A stretch of DNA of 64,000 nt from Nitrospirota bacterium (lineage in GTDB: Bacteria; Nitrospirota; UBA9217). Below are positions 29,234 to 41,497 of this stretch, in pieces (within the stretch, counting starts at the first letter, position 1; each line of letters opens with the position of its first letter). Both the position numbers and the translations under genes were made by a program. The notes beneath the pieces were generated by a model, which saw only the letters and a program-made list of their open reading frames with translations, was not told the origin of the DNA and searched no databases. The stretch covers positions 64,001 to 128,000 of the forward strand of contig DASPSR010000022.1 in NCBI GenBank assembly GCA_035623825.1, read 5' to 3'.

Positions 29234-29336
29234 ACCAGACGGCAGGAGAGGACAGACAGGAGACGTCAGTATTGCAACGTGTTCAGCTGTCCTCTCTTTT
29301 TGTCCTCTGGGTGCCGTATCGCGCCCTCTGAATTTC

Positions 29337-29939
29337 ATGAAAATACTTTCTGCCAAATTTGTTACGAGCGCTACGGGCCCGAAACAGTTCCCCGATGATC
29401 GGCGGCCGCAGATCGCCTTTGCCGGGCGGTCGAACGTGGGCAAATCATCCGTCATCAATTCTCTCCTGCACCGCAAAAACCTGGTAAAGACAAGCTCCAC
29501 GCCCGGGAAAACCCAGCTGATCAATTTTTTCATCATCAACGACGCATTTTATTTCGTTGATCTTCCGGGATACGGTTATGCACGCGTTCCGCAGGCAGTG
29601 ACCGACTCCTGGAGGCCGATGATCGAAGGCTATTTGAAGCATACTGCGGAATTACGCGCTGTCGTCGTGCTGCTCGACGTTCGACGGGAACCCGATGAAC
29701 GTGATGCGCGTCTGACTGAATGGCTGAAGCAGTATGATATACCGGCGATCTACGCACTGACCAAAGCCGACAAGCTGAACCGTCAGGAAGCCGAGCGCGC
29801 GCGGCGTAAAATCTTTTTCCACCTGGCGATCATGGAGCCATTGATCCTTACGTCGGCCAAAAACGGCCAGGGGATCAAGGAGCTGTGGGGAGAGATCAAT
29901 AAAAGAATCGAAAATGAGAAGGGGGGGGCGCGGAGTTAA
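29337..29939 (+). CDS. engB: Ribosome biogenesis GTPase YihA/EngB
   Basis: GRSNVGKSS, DLPGYG, TKADK. Confidence 0.95.
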   Translation: MKILSAKFVTSATGPKQFPDDRRPQIAFAGRSNVGKSSVINSLLHRKNLVKTSSTPGKTQLINFFIINDAFYFVDLPGYGYARVPQAVTDSWRPMIEGYLKHTAELRAVVVLLDVRREPDERDARLTEWLKQYDIPAIYALTKADKLNRQEAERARRKIFFHLAIMEPLILTSAKNGQGIKELWGEINKRIENEKGGARS

Positions 29940-30005
29940 GGTTGGCTGAAGCTGTCCGAAATTTTCATTTCCTTTTCGTGTTTTTAATATTTCAGGGGGG
30001 ATTCG

Positions 30006-31532
30006 ATGGATTTCCTGCACGTTCTCACGGGTTCTCTGATATGGGCGCTGGCGCTTAGTGTCGTCATTTACGTCGGGGGCAGCATCGCAATCGGCTTGCT
30101 CGCGAAAAAATCAGACCTCCTAAAACCCATCGGTACCGGTCTTAAGCTGATCGTATTATTCATTTCCCTGCAGATATTCCTGCGTTTCGGCGCGGCTGGA
30201 TATCCCGTGATTTTTGATGCCCTCGATTTTCTTTCATGGCTGGTTTTTGTCTTCGCGGGGCTCCGTCTCGGGCTCTATATATACGGTGACCTTTTTGTGG
30301 TCCGGTGGAAGCGGGGCAGCTTCCCGGCCGCATTCAAGAATATCATCACGGCTCTTGTCCTCGTCGTACTGACGCTGATTCTCCTTAAGGAAATCCTGAG
30401 GATCAACGTCACATCGCTTATCGCGACAACCACAGTCCTTACGGCAACCATCGGTCTGGCGTTCCAGAGCACACTCGCCAATGTGCTTGCCGGTCTGGAG
30501 ATCCAATTTGAAAGGCCGCTCAAGCAGGGCGACTGGATCCTTGCAGGTGGACATGAGGGTCGCGTGCTCGACATAACGCTCCGGTCGACGAGGATCATGA
30601 CCGTCGAGAACAACGAAGTGTTTATCCCGAATAGCAAGGTTCTGGGCGAGGCTTTGGTGAACTATAGCCGGCCGGATTCTACCGTGATGCGAAAACTTAC
30701 CATAGGAGTGAGCTATGCCATTCCGCCGAACAAGGTAAAAAGAGCCGTCCTCGAGGTCCTTTCAGGCGTGCCTGGCGTTGTCAGGGGCCTGGCATCCAGG
30801 GTCCGGGTGATCAGCTACGGCGATTTTGCTGTCCAATACGAGATACGGTATCCTCTTGCCAGTTTTGCCCTCTATGGGGATACGGAGGGGCAGATAATGG
30901 ACCTCCTCTGGTACCACTTCAGGAGAAGCGGCATCGACATCCCCGTGCCGATCCGGGAGATAAACATGCGCCACATCACTCCCGGGAGCCTCAGGGCGGA
31001 ACAGGAACAACAGGCAGAGGAGATTGTGGCTCTGCTCGAAAAGGTGGAAATTTTCTCGCCGCTCAGCAAACCTGAGCTCACGAAGCTGGCCGAGCATTTG
31101 AACGTGAAATCCTATGCAGAGGGTGAGGTTCCCGTGCGACAGGGGGATCCGGGAGATTCGTTCTACATCATAAAGAGCGGCAGGGTGGACGTGATCGTTG
31201 AAAAATCTCCAGGCGAATCCGCGGTCGTGGCAACGCTTGGTCCCGGAAATTTTTTCGGCGAGATGAGTCTGCTCACCGGCGCGGTTCGTACGGCAAGCAT
31301 CCGCATGACAGAGGATGCCGAATGCATCGTGATCGACAAGGAGAAGTTCGGGATCACGCTCGCCAATAACCCGTCTATCGCAGAATCATTGAGTCGCATC
31401 CTAACCGAGCGCCAGGCAGGACTTGATGCGGAGCGCGGACGACTCGATGCTGCAGCCCTTGAGCGCCGCAACAAGGATGTTTCGGTCAGGTTGCTCACGA
31501 AGATCAGGGATTTCTTCGGCTTGAGTTATTGA
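30006..31532 (+). CDS. MscS-family channel with a C-terminal cyclic-nucleotide-binding domain
   Basis: GLAFQSTLAN..AG, GDWI, IPNS; cNMP domain QGDPGDSFYII, FFGEMSLLTG..RTAS. Confidence 0.9.
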   Translation: MDFLHVLTGSLIWALALSVVIYVGGSIAIGLLAKKSDLLKPIGTGLKLIVLFISLQIFLRFGAAGYPVIFDALDFLSWLVFVFAGLRLGLYIYGDLFVVRWKRGSFPAAFKNIITALVLVVLTLILLKEILRINVTSLIATTTVLTATIGLAFQSTLANVLAGLEIQFERPLKQGDWILAGGHEGRVLDITLRSTRIMTVENNEVFIPNSKVLGEALVNYSRPDSTVMRKLTIGVSYAIPPNKVKRAVLEVLSGVPGVVRGLASRVRVISYGDFAVQYEIRYPLASFALYGDTEGQIMDLLWYHFRRSGIDIPVPIREINMRHITPGSLRAEQEQQAEEIVALLEKVEIFSPLSKPELTKLAEHLNVKSYAEGEVPVRQGDPGDSFYIIKSGRVDVIVEKSPGESAVVATLGPGNFFGEMSLLTGAVRTASIRMTEDAECIVIDKEKFGITLANNPSIAESLSRILTERQAGLDAERGRLDAAALERRNKDVSVRLLTKIRDFFGLSY

Positions 31533-31632
31533 CCTTCAATATTATTCCCAAAGGTCGCGGCTGCAAGGTGTCTGGCCCCATCTGTGCCACTTGCCATTAG
31601 GAGCAATGAATTGGACGGGTGGTGAGAAAACG

Positions 31633-31669
31633 AAAAGAGAGGATGACGAATCTCATCCTCTCTTTTTTT
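31633..31669. terminator. Bidirectional intrinsic terminator between the mscS-like gene and argB
   Basis: AAAAGAGAGGATGA...TCATCCTCTCTTTTTTT between convergent genes. Confidence 0.8.
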
Positions 31670-31691
31670 CACGTGGGCTGTTCTACCGGTA

Positions 31692-32573
31692 TCACAATGT
31701 TATCTCCGTCCCGATCCCTTCTCTGGTGAATATCTCAAGCAGGATGGCGTGGGGGATGCGTCCGTCGATGATATGGACCTTGGCGCAGCCCGCGTCGAGA
31801 GCCTCGAATGAGGATTTTGTCTTGGGCAGCATGCCCCCGGCGATGACACCCGCATGGATCATTGTCTCGACCCTCTTTTTGTCCAGCGTCGGGATGAGGT
31901 TCTTGTCCTTGTCCAGGATCCCGGATTGATCGGTGAGAAGGATGAGCTTCTCTGCCTTGATAGCGCCGGCCACGGCGCCCGCTACCAGATCGGCGTTGAT
32001 GTTGTAAGTCTCGCCGTTCTCTCCGACGCCGACAGGAGCGATAACCGGGATAAAGCCGCTTTGCTCCAGGGCCACGAGCGCTCCGGGCCGGACCTCGGTC
32101 ACTTCGCCGACGAGGCCGATATCGATGATCTCGGCCTCTCCTGTGCCTTCGGACTTTTTCGACATCTTAAGCTTCTTCGCCTGGATCAGGCCGCCATCCT
32201 TGCCGGTGAGGCCAACAGCCTTGCCCCCTGTGCGGTTGATAAGGCTCACGATCTCCTTGTTCACCTTGCCGCCGAGGACCATCTCCACGATATCCATGGT
32301 TTCCTCGTCGGTTACGCGCTGGCCCGATACGAATGTGGGCTTTTTACCCATCCGCTCCATTGTCTTGCCGATCTGCGGCCCGCCGCCGTGAACGACCACA
32401 GGATTGATACCGATATAGCGCAAGAGGACCACATCCTGGGCAAAGCCCACCTTTAGGGCCTCATCAATCATGGCATTCCCGCCGTACTTGATGACGAAGG
32501 TTTTGCCCCGGAAGGTCTGGATATAGGGCATGGCCTCAATAAGGGTTTTAGCCTTTTCGATAAGCTTGTCCAT
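31692..32573 (-). CDS. argB: Acetylglutamate kinase
   Basis: [29 protein letters not shown]. Confidence 0.97.
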   Translation of the reverse strand: MDKLIEKAKTLIEAMPYIQTFRGKTFVIKYGGNAMIDEALKVGFAQDVVLLRYIGINPVVVHGGGPQIGKTMERMGKKPTFVSGQRVTDEETMDIVEMVLGGKVNKEIVSLINRTGGKAVGLTGKDGGLIQAKKLKMSKKSEGTGEAEIIDIGLVGEVTEVRPGALVALEQSGFIPVIAPVGVGENGETYNINADLVAGAVAGAIKAEKLILLTDQSGILDKDKNLIPTLDKKRVETMIHAGVIAGGMLPKTKSSFEALDAGCAKVHIIDGRIPHAILLEIFTREGIGTEITL

Positions 32574-32700
32574 GAACACATCCTCTGCACTTGCGACGGT
32601 CAAAATTTCCTGGTCATTGCGGGCACAGAAATCAAGGTTCAAAGTCCAGGAGAACCAGTAAAACATTTATCTGAACCTTCAGCCTTGGATGTTGCCTCCC

Positions 32701-34044
<1,344 letters not shown>

Positions 34045-34131
34045 TAAATCCTCCGAGAAATTCAGGATAAAGGTTCCAAGGCGCGGCGTCCAGGGAATCA
34101 TAACCTCGCCACCGGCCTCTGACCGCGGTTC

Positions 34132-34674
34132 TTACAGCTCTTCAATCGAAATTTCTTTATTGGTGTAGATGCATATCTCCGCTGCGATCTTCATGGCTTC
34201 TTCCACGATCATTCGTGCGTCCAGCGCGGTGTGATCCATGAGCGCCCTGGCGGCAGACAGAGCGTAGGCGCCGCCAGAACCGATGGCTGCGATGCCGTTT
34301 TCCGGCTCGATCACATCGCCGCTCCCTGACAGCACGAACGAGCGTTCAGCATCCGTCACGATCATAAGCGCCTCAAGCCTGCGGAGGACCCTGTCCGTTC
34401 TCCAGTCCTTGGCAAGTTCCACGGCGGCGCGCGTGAGGTTGCCGTGGTACTGCTCCAGCTTGGCTTCGAATTTTTCGAAGAGGGTGAAGGCGTCTGCGGT
34501 GGCTCCGGCGAAACCGGCAAGGATCTTGTCGTTGTACATCTTGCGCACTTTCTTCGCGTTGTGCTTCATGACCGTGGCGCCGACCGTTACCTGCCCGTCA
34601 CCCGCGATCGCCGTCTTGCCGTTTCGTCTGACAGACAGTATCGTTGTACCGTGTAAAGGCATTGTCCCGCTCAT
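34132..34674 (-). CDS. hslV: ATP-dependent protease subunit HslV
   Basis: [30 protein letters not shown]. Confidence 0.97.
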   Translation of the reverse strand: MSGTMPLHGTTILSVRRNGKTAIAGDGQVTVGATVMKHNAKKVRKMYNDKILAGFAGATADAFTLFEKFEAKLEQYHGNLTRAAVELAKDWRTDRVLRRLEALMIVTDAERSFVLSGSGDVIEPENGIAAIGSGGAYALSAARALMDHTALDARMIVEEAMKIAAEICIYTNKEISIEEL

Positions 34675-34815
34675 GGTGCCTCCCGCAGAGGATCGGAAGC
34701 CGGATATCCGGCCGTCAGGAGACCGATAGCAAGCCGTCACATGACGGCCTCAAGCGGAGCATCTGAGGCCCCGAGCAATTCCTGACTCGTCCCTTCTATC
34801 CTCTTCCGTTGCCGT

Positions 34816-35703
34816 CTATTTTTTTCTCGCCTTCGGATGCGCCTTGTCATACACATCCATGAGCGAGTCGAGATTGAGGTGCGTGTATCGCTGGGTGGTT
34901 GAAAGACTTGCGTGGCCCAAGAGCTCCTGGATTGCGCGGAGGTCCGCGCCGGATTCGAGCATGTGCGTGGCGAAGCTGTGTCGGAGCGTGTGCGGGCTCG
35001 CTTTCTGCTGCAGTCCCAGTTGTTTTCTGTAATTTTCTAAAATACGCTGAACCGTGCGCGCTGTCAAGCGTTTTCCTGAAGGCCCGGTGAAGACCGCCTG
35101 CGTTTCGCCGCCCCCGGGCTTCCGGTCGAGATACGTATCGATTGCGGCGAGAGCTTTTCGTCCCACGGCCACGACCCGCTCTTTCCTCCTTTTGCCTCTG
35201 ATGCGGATGAGCTGATCATGACGATTGATGTCTTCTCTATTCATTCCGGTAAGCTCGCTTGCGCGAATGCCGGTGGAGTAGAGGGTCTCAAGCACAGCGC
35301 GGTCCCTGAGCACCGAATCGTGGCCCCCGGCCTCTTTTTTGCCGGGTGCTTCCATGAGCCGTTGCGCGTCATCAGCGGTCAGTACCGCGGGAAGACGTTT
35401 TTCCTTGCGGGGGGTCGAGATCAGTCTGGCGGGGTTGTTCGTGAGAATTCCCTCACGGTTCAGGTACTTGAAGAAAGCCCTGATGGCCGAGAGTTTCCTG
35501 GCTATTGAGGATTTCCTCACCTCCAGTTCCAGGAGGTGCGCAATGAATTGCCGCAGGGTCTGATGGTCGACGCTGGAGAAATCGGTTTCGCCGAGAAAGT
35601 CCGAGAACTGCTCCAAGTCGGAAAGGTAGCTACGCTCTGTGTGAGGAGAAACATTTCTTGCGCTCTTGAGATAATTGATGAAATCGAAGATGTGCTTTCG
35701 CAT
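34816..35703 (-). CDS. xerC: Tyrosine recombinase XerC
   Basis: GIRASEL, HTLRHSFATH, LLGH, TTQRYT; topA-xerC-hslVU synteny. Confidence 0.93.
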   Translation of the reverse strand: MRKHIFDFINYLKSARNVSPHTERSYLSDLEQFSDFLGETDFSSVDHQTLRQFIAHLLELEVRKSSIARKLSAIRAFFKYLNREGILTNNPARLISTPRKEKRLPAVLTADDAQRLMEAPGKKEAGGHDSVLRDRAVLETLYSTGIRASELTGMNREDINRHDQLIRIRGKRRKERVVAVGRKALAAIDTYLDRKPGGGETQAVFTGPSGKRLTARTVQRILENYRKQLGLQQKASPHTLRHSFATHMLESGADLRAIQELLGHASLSTTQRYTHLNLDSLMDVYDKAHPKARKK

Positions 35704-35775
35704 AATGTTACTTTATCGCAAGAGAGGCGATTTTGCAAGAGAGATGGAGGGGGGCCAGCAGGCGGCATCGAGAGT

Positions 35776-38085
35776 CTATGCTGCGCTCCCTGTCGGAGCT
35801 TGCTCTTTTCCATCCGGGTTCTGTCCAGTGGTTTCGGTTTTCGGTTCCTCCTTATACCCGCACTCTTTCTTCAGGCAGGCGATAAAGGGCCCTGTCTTCT
35901 TCGAATATTTTTCCACGAGGAACGGCGCGCCGCACTGTGGACAAGGCCTGGAAACGGGCTTGTACCAGATGGCGAATTTGCACGCAGGATAGTTGGAACA
36001 GGAATAGAACACCTTCCCGAAGCGAGAACGCCGCTCAACGATCTTTCCTCCGTCTTCGGGGCAGGTCACGCCTGTTGACATCCCTTGGGTATAGTTGCAT
36101 TCGGGATAGCGCGAGCAAGCGAGGAACTTGCCGAACCTTCCACGTTTGACCACCATCGGAGAGCCGCACTTCGGGCACTTTTCGTCCGTGGTCTCCTCGG
36201 GCGCGGCCTCTACCTCGCCGTTCTCCCTGCGCACGAAAGGCTTCGTGTTTTTGCAGTCCGGGTAGCCGCTGCACGCAAGGAACTGTCCGTTCCGACCCCA
36301 CTTGATGACCATGGGTTTGCCGCATTTTTCGCAAGCGATGTCCGTGGCTATCTGCTCTGCCTTGAAATCTTTCATGTCCGCCTGCGCCTTCTCAAGGCTC
36401 TCGTTAAAGGGTTTGTAGAAATCTTTTACCGCTTCGACCCACTGCATCTGGCCTTCTTCGATCTTATCCAGCTCTTCTTCCATGCGGGCGGTAAAGGCTA
36501 CGTCCATCACCACAGGGAAGTGGTTCACGAGCAGGTCACTTACGAGAATGCCGAGTTCAGTGGGCCTGAACCTGTTCTCCACCTTCTGGACATAGTGCCG
36601 GTCCTGGATAGTGGATATTATGGCCGCATAGGTGCTTGGTCTTCCGATGCCTTTTTCTTCGAGCGTCTTGACGAGTAAAGCTTCTGAGAAACGAGGCGGC
36701 GGCTGGGTGAAGTGCTGCTTGGGATCGAGCTTGATGAGCCTGAGCATCTCTCCTTCGCTGAGGGGCGGGAGGACGGCTTCCCCGTTTTCATCGTCGGTCA
36801 CCATGTCCTCGGGCTTCTCCTCCATGTAGACAGCCATGAACCCGGGAAATTTGACGGTCGATCCCGTGGCGCGGAATGTGTAGTCGCCGGCCTTGATGTC
36901 CACCGATGTCTGGTCGATGACTGCGGAACTCATCTGGCTTGCCACGAAACGGTTCCAGATCAGCTTGTACAGTTTATACTGGTCTTTTTCGAGATACTTC
37001 ATCATCGACTCGGGTTCGCGCAACGCCGAAGTGGGTCGTATGGCTTCGTGCGCCTCCTGTGCGGATTTGGCGCTGGCGTACACCGGCGGCTTTTCCGGCA
37101 GGTAGTCCCTGCCGTATTTGCTGGCAATGAGCTCCCGCGCCTCCTCCTGCGCCTCCTTTCCCACACGGGTGGAGTCGGTCCTCATATAGGTAATGAGCCC
37201 GGTGGTGCCTTCCTTGCCCAGGTCAACGCCCTCATACAGCGACTGGGCGATCCCCATTGTTCTCTTCGCGGTGAAGCCCAGCTTGCGGCCGGCCTCCTGC
37301 TGGAGCTTGCTCGTGGTGAAGGGCGGGACGGGATTTCTCCGTCGCTCCTTCTTTTCAACTTTTGTCACGGCATAGGGTTTGCCCTGCAGGTCATCGAGGA
37401 TCTTCTGAACCTCTTCGTTGTTCTTGACCCTTAGTTTTTCTTCGTCTTTCTTCAGGAGCCTGGCCTCGAACTGCGGCGGGGTTTTCCCCTCGAGGAGCGC
37501 GGTGAGCGACCAGAACTCCTCAGGTACGAATGCCTTGATCTCTTCTTCACGCTCACGGATCAGGCGCAGGGCAACGGACTGCACACGGCCCGCGGAGAGT
37601 CCGCGCCGGACTTTTTTCCAGAGAATGGGGCTGATCTGGTAACCCACGAGACGATCGAGCACGCGCCGTGCCTGCTGGGCATCGACTTTGTTCTCGTCGA
37701 TCTTGCCCGGATGCTCGATTGCCAGGAGGATGGCCTTCTTGGTAATCTCGTTGAACAGCACGCGGTAGATCTCCGCGGTCTTGGCGCTGTCCGCTATGGT
37801 CTCCGCAACATGCGAGGCGATGGCCTCGCCTTCTCGGTCCGGGTCGGTCGCGATCAAGATGCGGTCGGCCTTTTTTGCGGCGGACTTGAGCTCTTTCACG
37901 ACGGGGGCTTTCCCCTTGATCATGATGTACTTCGGCTCGAAGTCCTTCTCTATGTCCACACCGAGCCTGCTCTTGGGCAGGTCCATGATATGGCCAACGG
38001 AGGCTTTGACCGTAAAGTTCTTGCCGAGGTACTTGGCGATGGTTTTCGCTTTTGCCGGTGACTCGACTATCACGAGTGATTTCAT
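35776..38085 (-). CDS. topA: DNA topoisomerase I
   Basis: IVESPAKAKTI, DPDREGE, SAGRVQS, ITYMRTD, C-terminal zinc ribbons. Confidence 0.98.
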   Translation of the reverse strand: MKSLVIVESPAKAKTIAKYLGKNFTVKASVGHIMDLPKSRLGVDIEKDFEPKYIMIKGKAPVVKELKSAAKKADRILIATDPDREGEAIASHVAETIADSAKTAEIYRVLFNEITKKAILLAIEHPGKIDENKVDAQQARRVLDRLVGYQISPILWKKVRRGLSAGRVQSVALRLIREREEEIKAFVPEEFWSLTALLEGKTPPQFEARLLKKDEEKLRVKNNEEVQKILDDLQGKPYAVTKVEKKERRRNPVPPFTTSKLQQEAGRKLGFTAKRTMGIAQSLYEGVDLGKEGTTGLITYMRTDSTRVGKEAQEEARELIASKYGRDYLPEKPPVYASAKSAQEAHEAIRPTSALREPESMMKYLEKDQYKLYKLIWNRFVASQMSSAVIDQTSVDIKAGDYTFRATGSTVKFPGFMAVYMEEKPEDMVTDDENGEAVLPPLSEGEMLRLIKLDPKQHFTQPPPRFSEALLVKTLEEKGIGRPSTYAAIISTIQDRHYVQKVENRFRPTELGILVSDLLVNHFPVVMDVAFTARMEEELDKIEEGQMQWVEAVKDFYKPFNESLEKAQADMKDFKAEQIATDIACEKCGKPMVIKWGRNGQFLACSGYPDCKNTKPFVRRENGEVEAAPEETTDEKCPKCGSPMVVKRGRFGKFLACSRYPECNYTQGMSTGVTCPEDGGKIVERRSRFGKVFYSCSNYPACKFAIWYKPVSRPCPQCGAPFLVEKYSKKTGPFIACLKKECGYKEEPKTETTGQNPDGKEQAPTGSAA

Positions 38086-38188
38086 TCTATAAAAACCTTC
38101 TTACCACGGAGCGCATGGAAGGGCTTACACGCGAGCGATGTCTGGGATTCGATTTCGCCCTGCAGCGATTCCGGGTGAAGCAGTCTAT

Positions 38189-38665
38189 TTAATTCCACGC
38201 TGTCTTTTTAATGCGCCGGAGGTCCGCAGCGAAGCTGTGCTCTTGTTCCTGAGGATTCACGAACAGAACGAATGCGATGAGGTTTTTGATGTGGTCAAGC
38301 TCGATTCGCCCGGCGTTTATCGTCATGGCCTTCTCGAGCAGATCCTCGCGCTCATCGTCGGAAATTATGCCGAGATGGGCGAGCTTTGAGGCAAAGCCGA
38401 AGGCATCGATTGTGAACCGATCGCGTTCTTCCCGGTTCATAGCCCTCATCCGGACTGTTGCCGCGTTCTGTACCGTGGTGAAAAAACTTTCGGACTGTTT
38501 CTGCACGAGCGTCTGCATGAGCGTAAGCGCAGCGTCCGCCTCATGGAGCCGGCACCCGCTGTTAAGCAGGACCTGCATGATCTTGCCCTCGTTGTCAAAC
38601 AGTTCCTGCTTGTTCCTCACCTGACCAGCGATGAGCGAGAAAAGGTTCATCATCAGTTCGTTCAA
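38189..38665 (-). CDS. DUF494/Smg-family protein
   Basis: Immediately upstream of topA; R.MNREE..RF, GIISDDEREDLLE; TTG start after GGGGGA. Confidence 0.7.
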   Translation of the reverse strand: MNELMMNLFSLIAGQVRNKQELFDNEGKIMQVLLNSGCRLHEADAALTLMQTLVQKQSESFFTTVQNAATVRMRAMNREERDRFTIDAFGFASKLAHLGIISDDEREDLLEKAMTINAGRIELDHIKNLIAFVLFVNPQEQEHSFAADLRRIKKTAWN

Positions 38666-39222
38666 AATTTCCCCCAAGATAAAAGTTCGAACGTGGCCCT
38701 CTGGGCCCGCGGAACGTTGCTGAGCCCTTTCAAGAAGAACGCAGGATGAACGTTTTCCCCAATCCGCTGTCCGTCTAAGAGGCAGTCCTGCGTTCAAGGG
38801 TAGAAATTATACCGACTCGGGAAAGATAGTCAAGTTTTTTTTTTGCCCTGAGGGTCGGGTTGCGTTGGGGAAGATCATCATCGGCAAGAGCGCCAGCACG
38901 CCCCACCGTATCCCATTTTTCTAAGGACAGGTCTGCTAAAAGTTGGTATAATTCTTTTATATTACTTTTTTATGTGGCAGATCCATAGCGCTTCGAGTGA
39001 CAAAAAGTTGCATAATAGCTGGTGCCGGCCACGAGATTGGTAAATTTGACCGATGGCGGGCGATGAAGAAATCGGTATCCCGGCAAGTCTGGACATCGGA
39101 AATGGCATCTCGCCGGGATTGCACCTGGTTACACTCTTGTCGCAAGACCAGCCAGGCGGCCACGGTGAATTTATGCGGAACGGAAAAACCGGCTGCCGAA
39201 TCCGGTTTGAAGGAGTAGACGC

Positions 39223-41478
39223 ATGAACAAAGGGACAATCCTCGTCGTTGAAGACGGGGTCATCATTGCTGATGATATAAGAAGCCATTTACAGAAATTC
39301 GGCTACGACGTCCCGTCGATAGCAAAGTCCGGAGAAGAAGCGCTGATGAAGGTCCGCAACATACGGCCGGACCTCGTCCTCATGGATATAGCGTTGCGCG
39401 GAAGGATGGACGGCATCGAAACGGCGGAAAGAATCCGTTCCGAGTTCAATATCCCGGTCGTGTACCTTACAGCCTTCGAAGATGATCGGAACCTTAAGCG
39501 GGCGAAAATAACCGAGCCATTCGACTACATCGTCATGCCTTTTGCGGATCGGGACCTGCATAAGACTATCGAGATGGCCCTCTACAGGCATAGGGTAGAG
39601 GGAAAATTAAAAGAGAGCGAGGAGAAATTCCGCAGGATCGTTGAGACGGCGCGGGAGGGGATCTGGGTGCTGGATACGGAGGACAGGACAACCTACGTAA
39701 ACAAGCGCATGGCGGAGATGCTCGGATACCGCGAGGAAGAGATGATCGGGAAAAAGCCATTTGACTTCCTCATTGAGAGGGAACAAGCAAGGGCGCAGCA
39801 GGGTTTCGAGCTCCACGGGGTTGAAATAGGGGAAGTCCGTGATTTTAAATTTCATCGCAGGGACGGTTCATTCCTCTGGGGAATGCTTTCCACCATGCCT
39901 ATCCAGGATTCTGAAGGCAAGATCATCGGGTTCCTCGGCCTGATCACCGATGTCACCGAACGCAAACGGGCAGAAGCGGCGTTAAAGGAATCACATGAAA
40001 GGCTCATAACAATTCTTGAGAGCCTGGACGCTATCGTGTACGTAGCGGATATGGAGACGAATGAGGTGCTGTTCGCGAACAATTATGCCCGCAAGGTTTT
40101 CGGCGACATCGTCGGCAAGGTATGCTGGAGTACGCTCCAGGAGGGACAAGACGGCCCCTGCGGCTTCTGCACGAATGACAAGTTGCTTACTGCGGATGGT
40201 AAGCCCGCGGGTGTTTGTGCATGGGAATTTCAAAATACCTTCACCGGAAAGTGGTTTGATGTCCGGGATCGGGCCATCCTTTGGCTCGACGGCCGCATGG
40301 TCCGTCTGGAGATCGCAACAGACATTACAGCGCGCAAAAGGATGGAAGAAGAGGTCATCAAGTCGCAGAAACTTGAATCCATAGGGATTCTTGCCGGAGG
40401 CATCGCCCATGACTTCAATAACATTCTGACTGGCATCATGGGCAATATCTCGCTTGTCATGCTCGACAGGGATCTGGCGGAAAAGACTCGACAGAGGCTA
40501 GCGGGGGCGGAGAAATCATGTCTCAGGGCCAAGGACCTGACCCAACGGCTGCTTACATTCGCCAAGGGGGGCGCCCCTGTGAAGAAAATCTCTTCTGTGC
40601 CTTCATTACTCAAGGACGCGGCTGGATTCGCGCTCGCGGGAACAACGGTAAAGTGTGAATTCATTCTGCCTGAGGAAGACTGTTTTGCTGAAATTGATGA
40701 GGGACAGATTCGTCAGGTCATTCATAATATCATCATGAACGCCGTCGAGTCCATGCCGCAAGGGGGAATGGTAAAGGTGGCCTGTGAAAAAATTGCGCAG
40801 AGGATGGACGACGGCGTGCCCCTGCAGGCAGGCGACTATGCAAAAATTACCATCCAGGACTCGGGAACAGGGATCTCTCCTGAAAACATGCCGAGGATAT
40901 TTGATCCTTATTTCACGACCAAGGAGAAGCGGGCTGGGATGGGTCTCGCTACAAGCTATTCCATAATCAAGAACCACGGCGGATACATTACCGCAGAATC
41001 AGAGCGGAGAAAAGGGACGACCATTCTCATCTACCTTCCGACTGTCATGACGGCATCTATGCCCCCGACGGCAGAAGACGTGAAGTTCACCGCTACCGGC
41101 GGCAGGATTCTGGTCATGGATGACGAAGAGGTCATCAGGGACGTTGTCGGTGAGATACTCGTTCACCTCGGATATGAAGTCGCATTCGCAGGAGACGGCG
41201 CCGAAGCAATAAGACGTTATCAAGAGGCGATGAGAGCTTCCCGGCCGTTTCATGCGGTCATCATGGACCTGACCATCCCGGGAGGGATGGGCGGAAAAGA
41301 GGCTATTGCCAAGCTGCGCGAGATTGATGCAAATGTGAAAGCGATCGTATCGAGCGGCTATTCGAACGATCCCGTCATGGCCAACTTCACAGAATACGGC
41401 TTTAGCGGAGTCGTTACAAAACCCTATAAGATGAAGGAGCTCGGCGAAATCCTCAGAAGGGCACTTTCTGATACGTGA
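39223..41478 (+). CDS. Hybrid sensor histidine kinase (REC-PAS-PAS-HisKA-HATPase-REC)
   Basis: LAGGIAHDFNNIL H-box, DSGTGI, FDPYFTTK, two receiver domains. Confidence 0.95.
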   Translation: MNKGTILVVEDGVIIADDIRSHLQKFGYDVPSIAKSGEEALMKVRNIRPDLVLMDIALRGRMDGIETAERIRSEFNIPVVYLTAFEDDRNLKRAKITEPFDYIVMPFADRDLHKTIEMALYRHRVEGKLKESEEKFRRIVETAREGIWVLDTEDRTTYVNKRMAEMLGYREEEMIGKKPFDFLIEREQARAQQGFELHGVEIGEVRDFKFHRRDGSFLWGMLSTMPIQDSEGKIIGFLGLITDVTERKRAEAALKESHERLITILESLDAIVYVADMETNEVLFANNYARKVFGDIVGKVCWSTLQEGQDGPCGFCTNDKLLTADGKPAGVCAWEFQNTFTGKWFDVRDRAILWLDGRMVRLEIATDITARKRMEEEVIKSQKLESIGILAGGIAHDFNNILTGIMGNISLVMLDRDLAEKTRQRLAGAEKSCLRAKDLTQRLLTFAKGGAPVKKISSVPSLLKDAAGFALAGTTVKCEFILPEEDCFAEIDEGQIRQVIHNIIMNAVESMPQGGMVKVACEKIAQRMDDGVPLQAGDYAKITIQDSGTGISPENMPRIFDPYFTTKEKRAGMGLATSYSIIKNHGGYITAESERRKGTTILIYLPTVMTASMPPTAEDVKFTATGGRILVMDDEEVIRDVVGEILVHLGYEVAFAGDGAEAIRRYQEAMRASRPFHAVIMDLTIPGGMGGKEAIAKLREIDANVKAIVSSGYSNDPVMANFTEYGFSGVVTKPYKMKELGEILRRALSDT

Positions 41479-41497
41479 GGACTTTACTGCCCGCCCT

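Noticed and set aside
34816-35703. Tyrosine recombinase as a prophage or island integrase
   Set aside because: Housekeeping topA-xerC-hslVU context; no att repeats or cargo genes.
38800-39222. dprA remnant or c-di-GMP riboswitch between smg and the hybrid kinase
   Set aside because: No DprA-like frame and no GEMM consensus could be identified; dprA is simply absent here.
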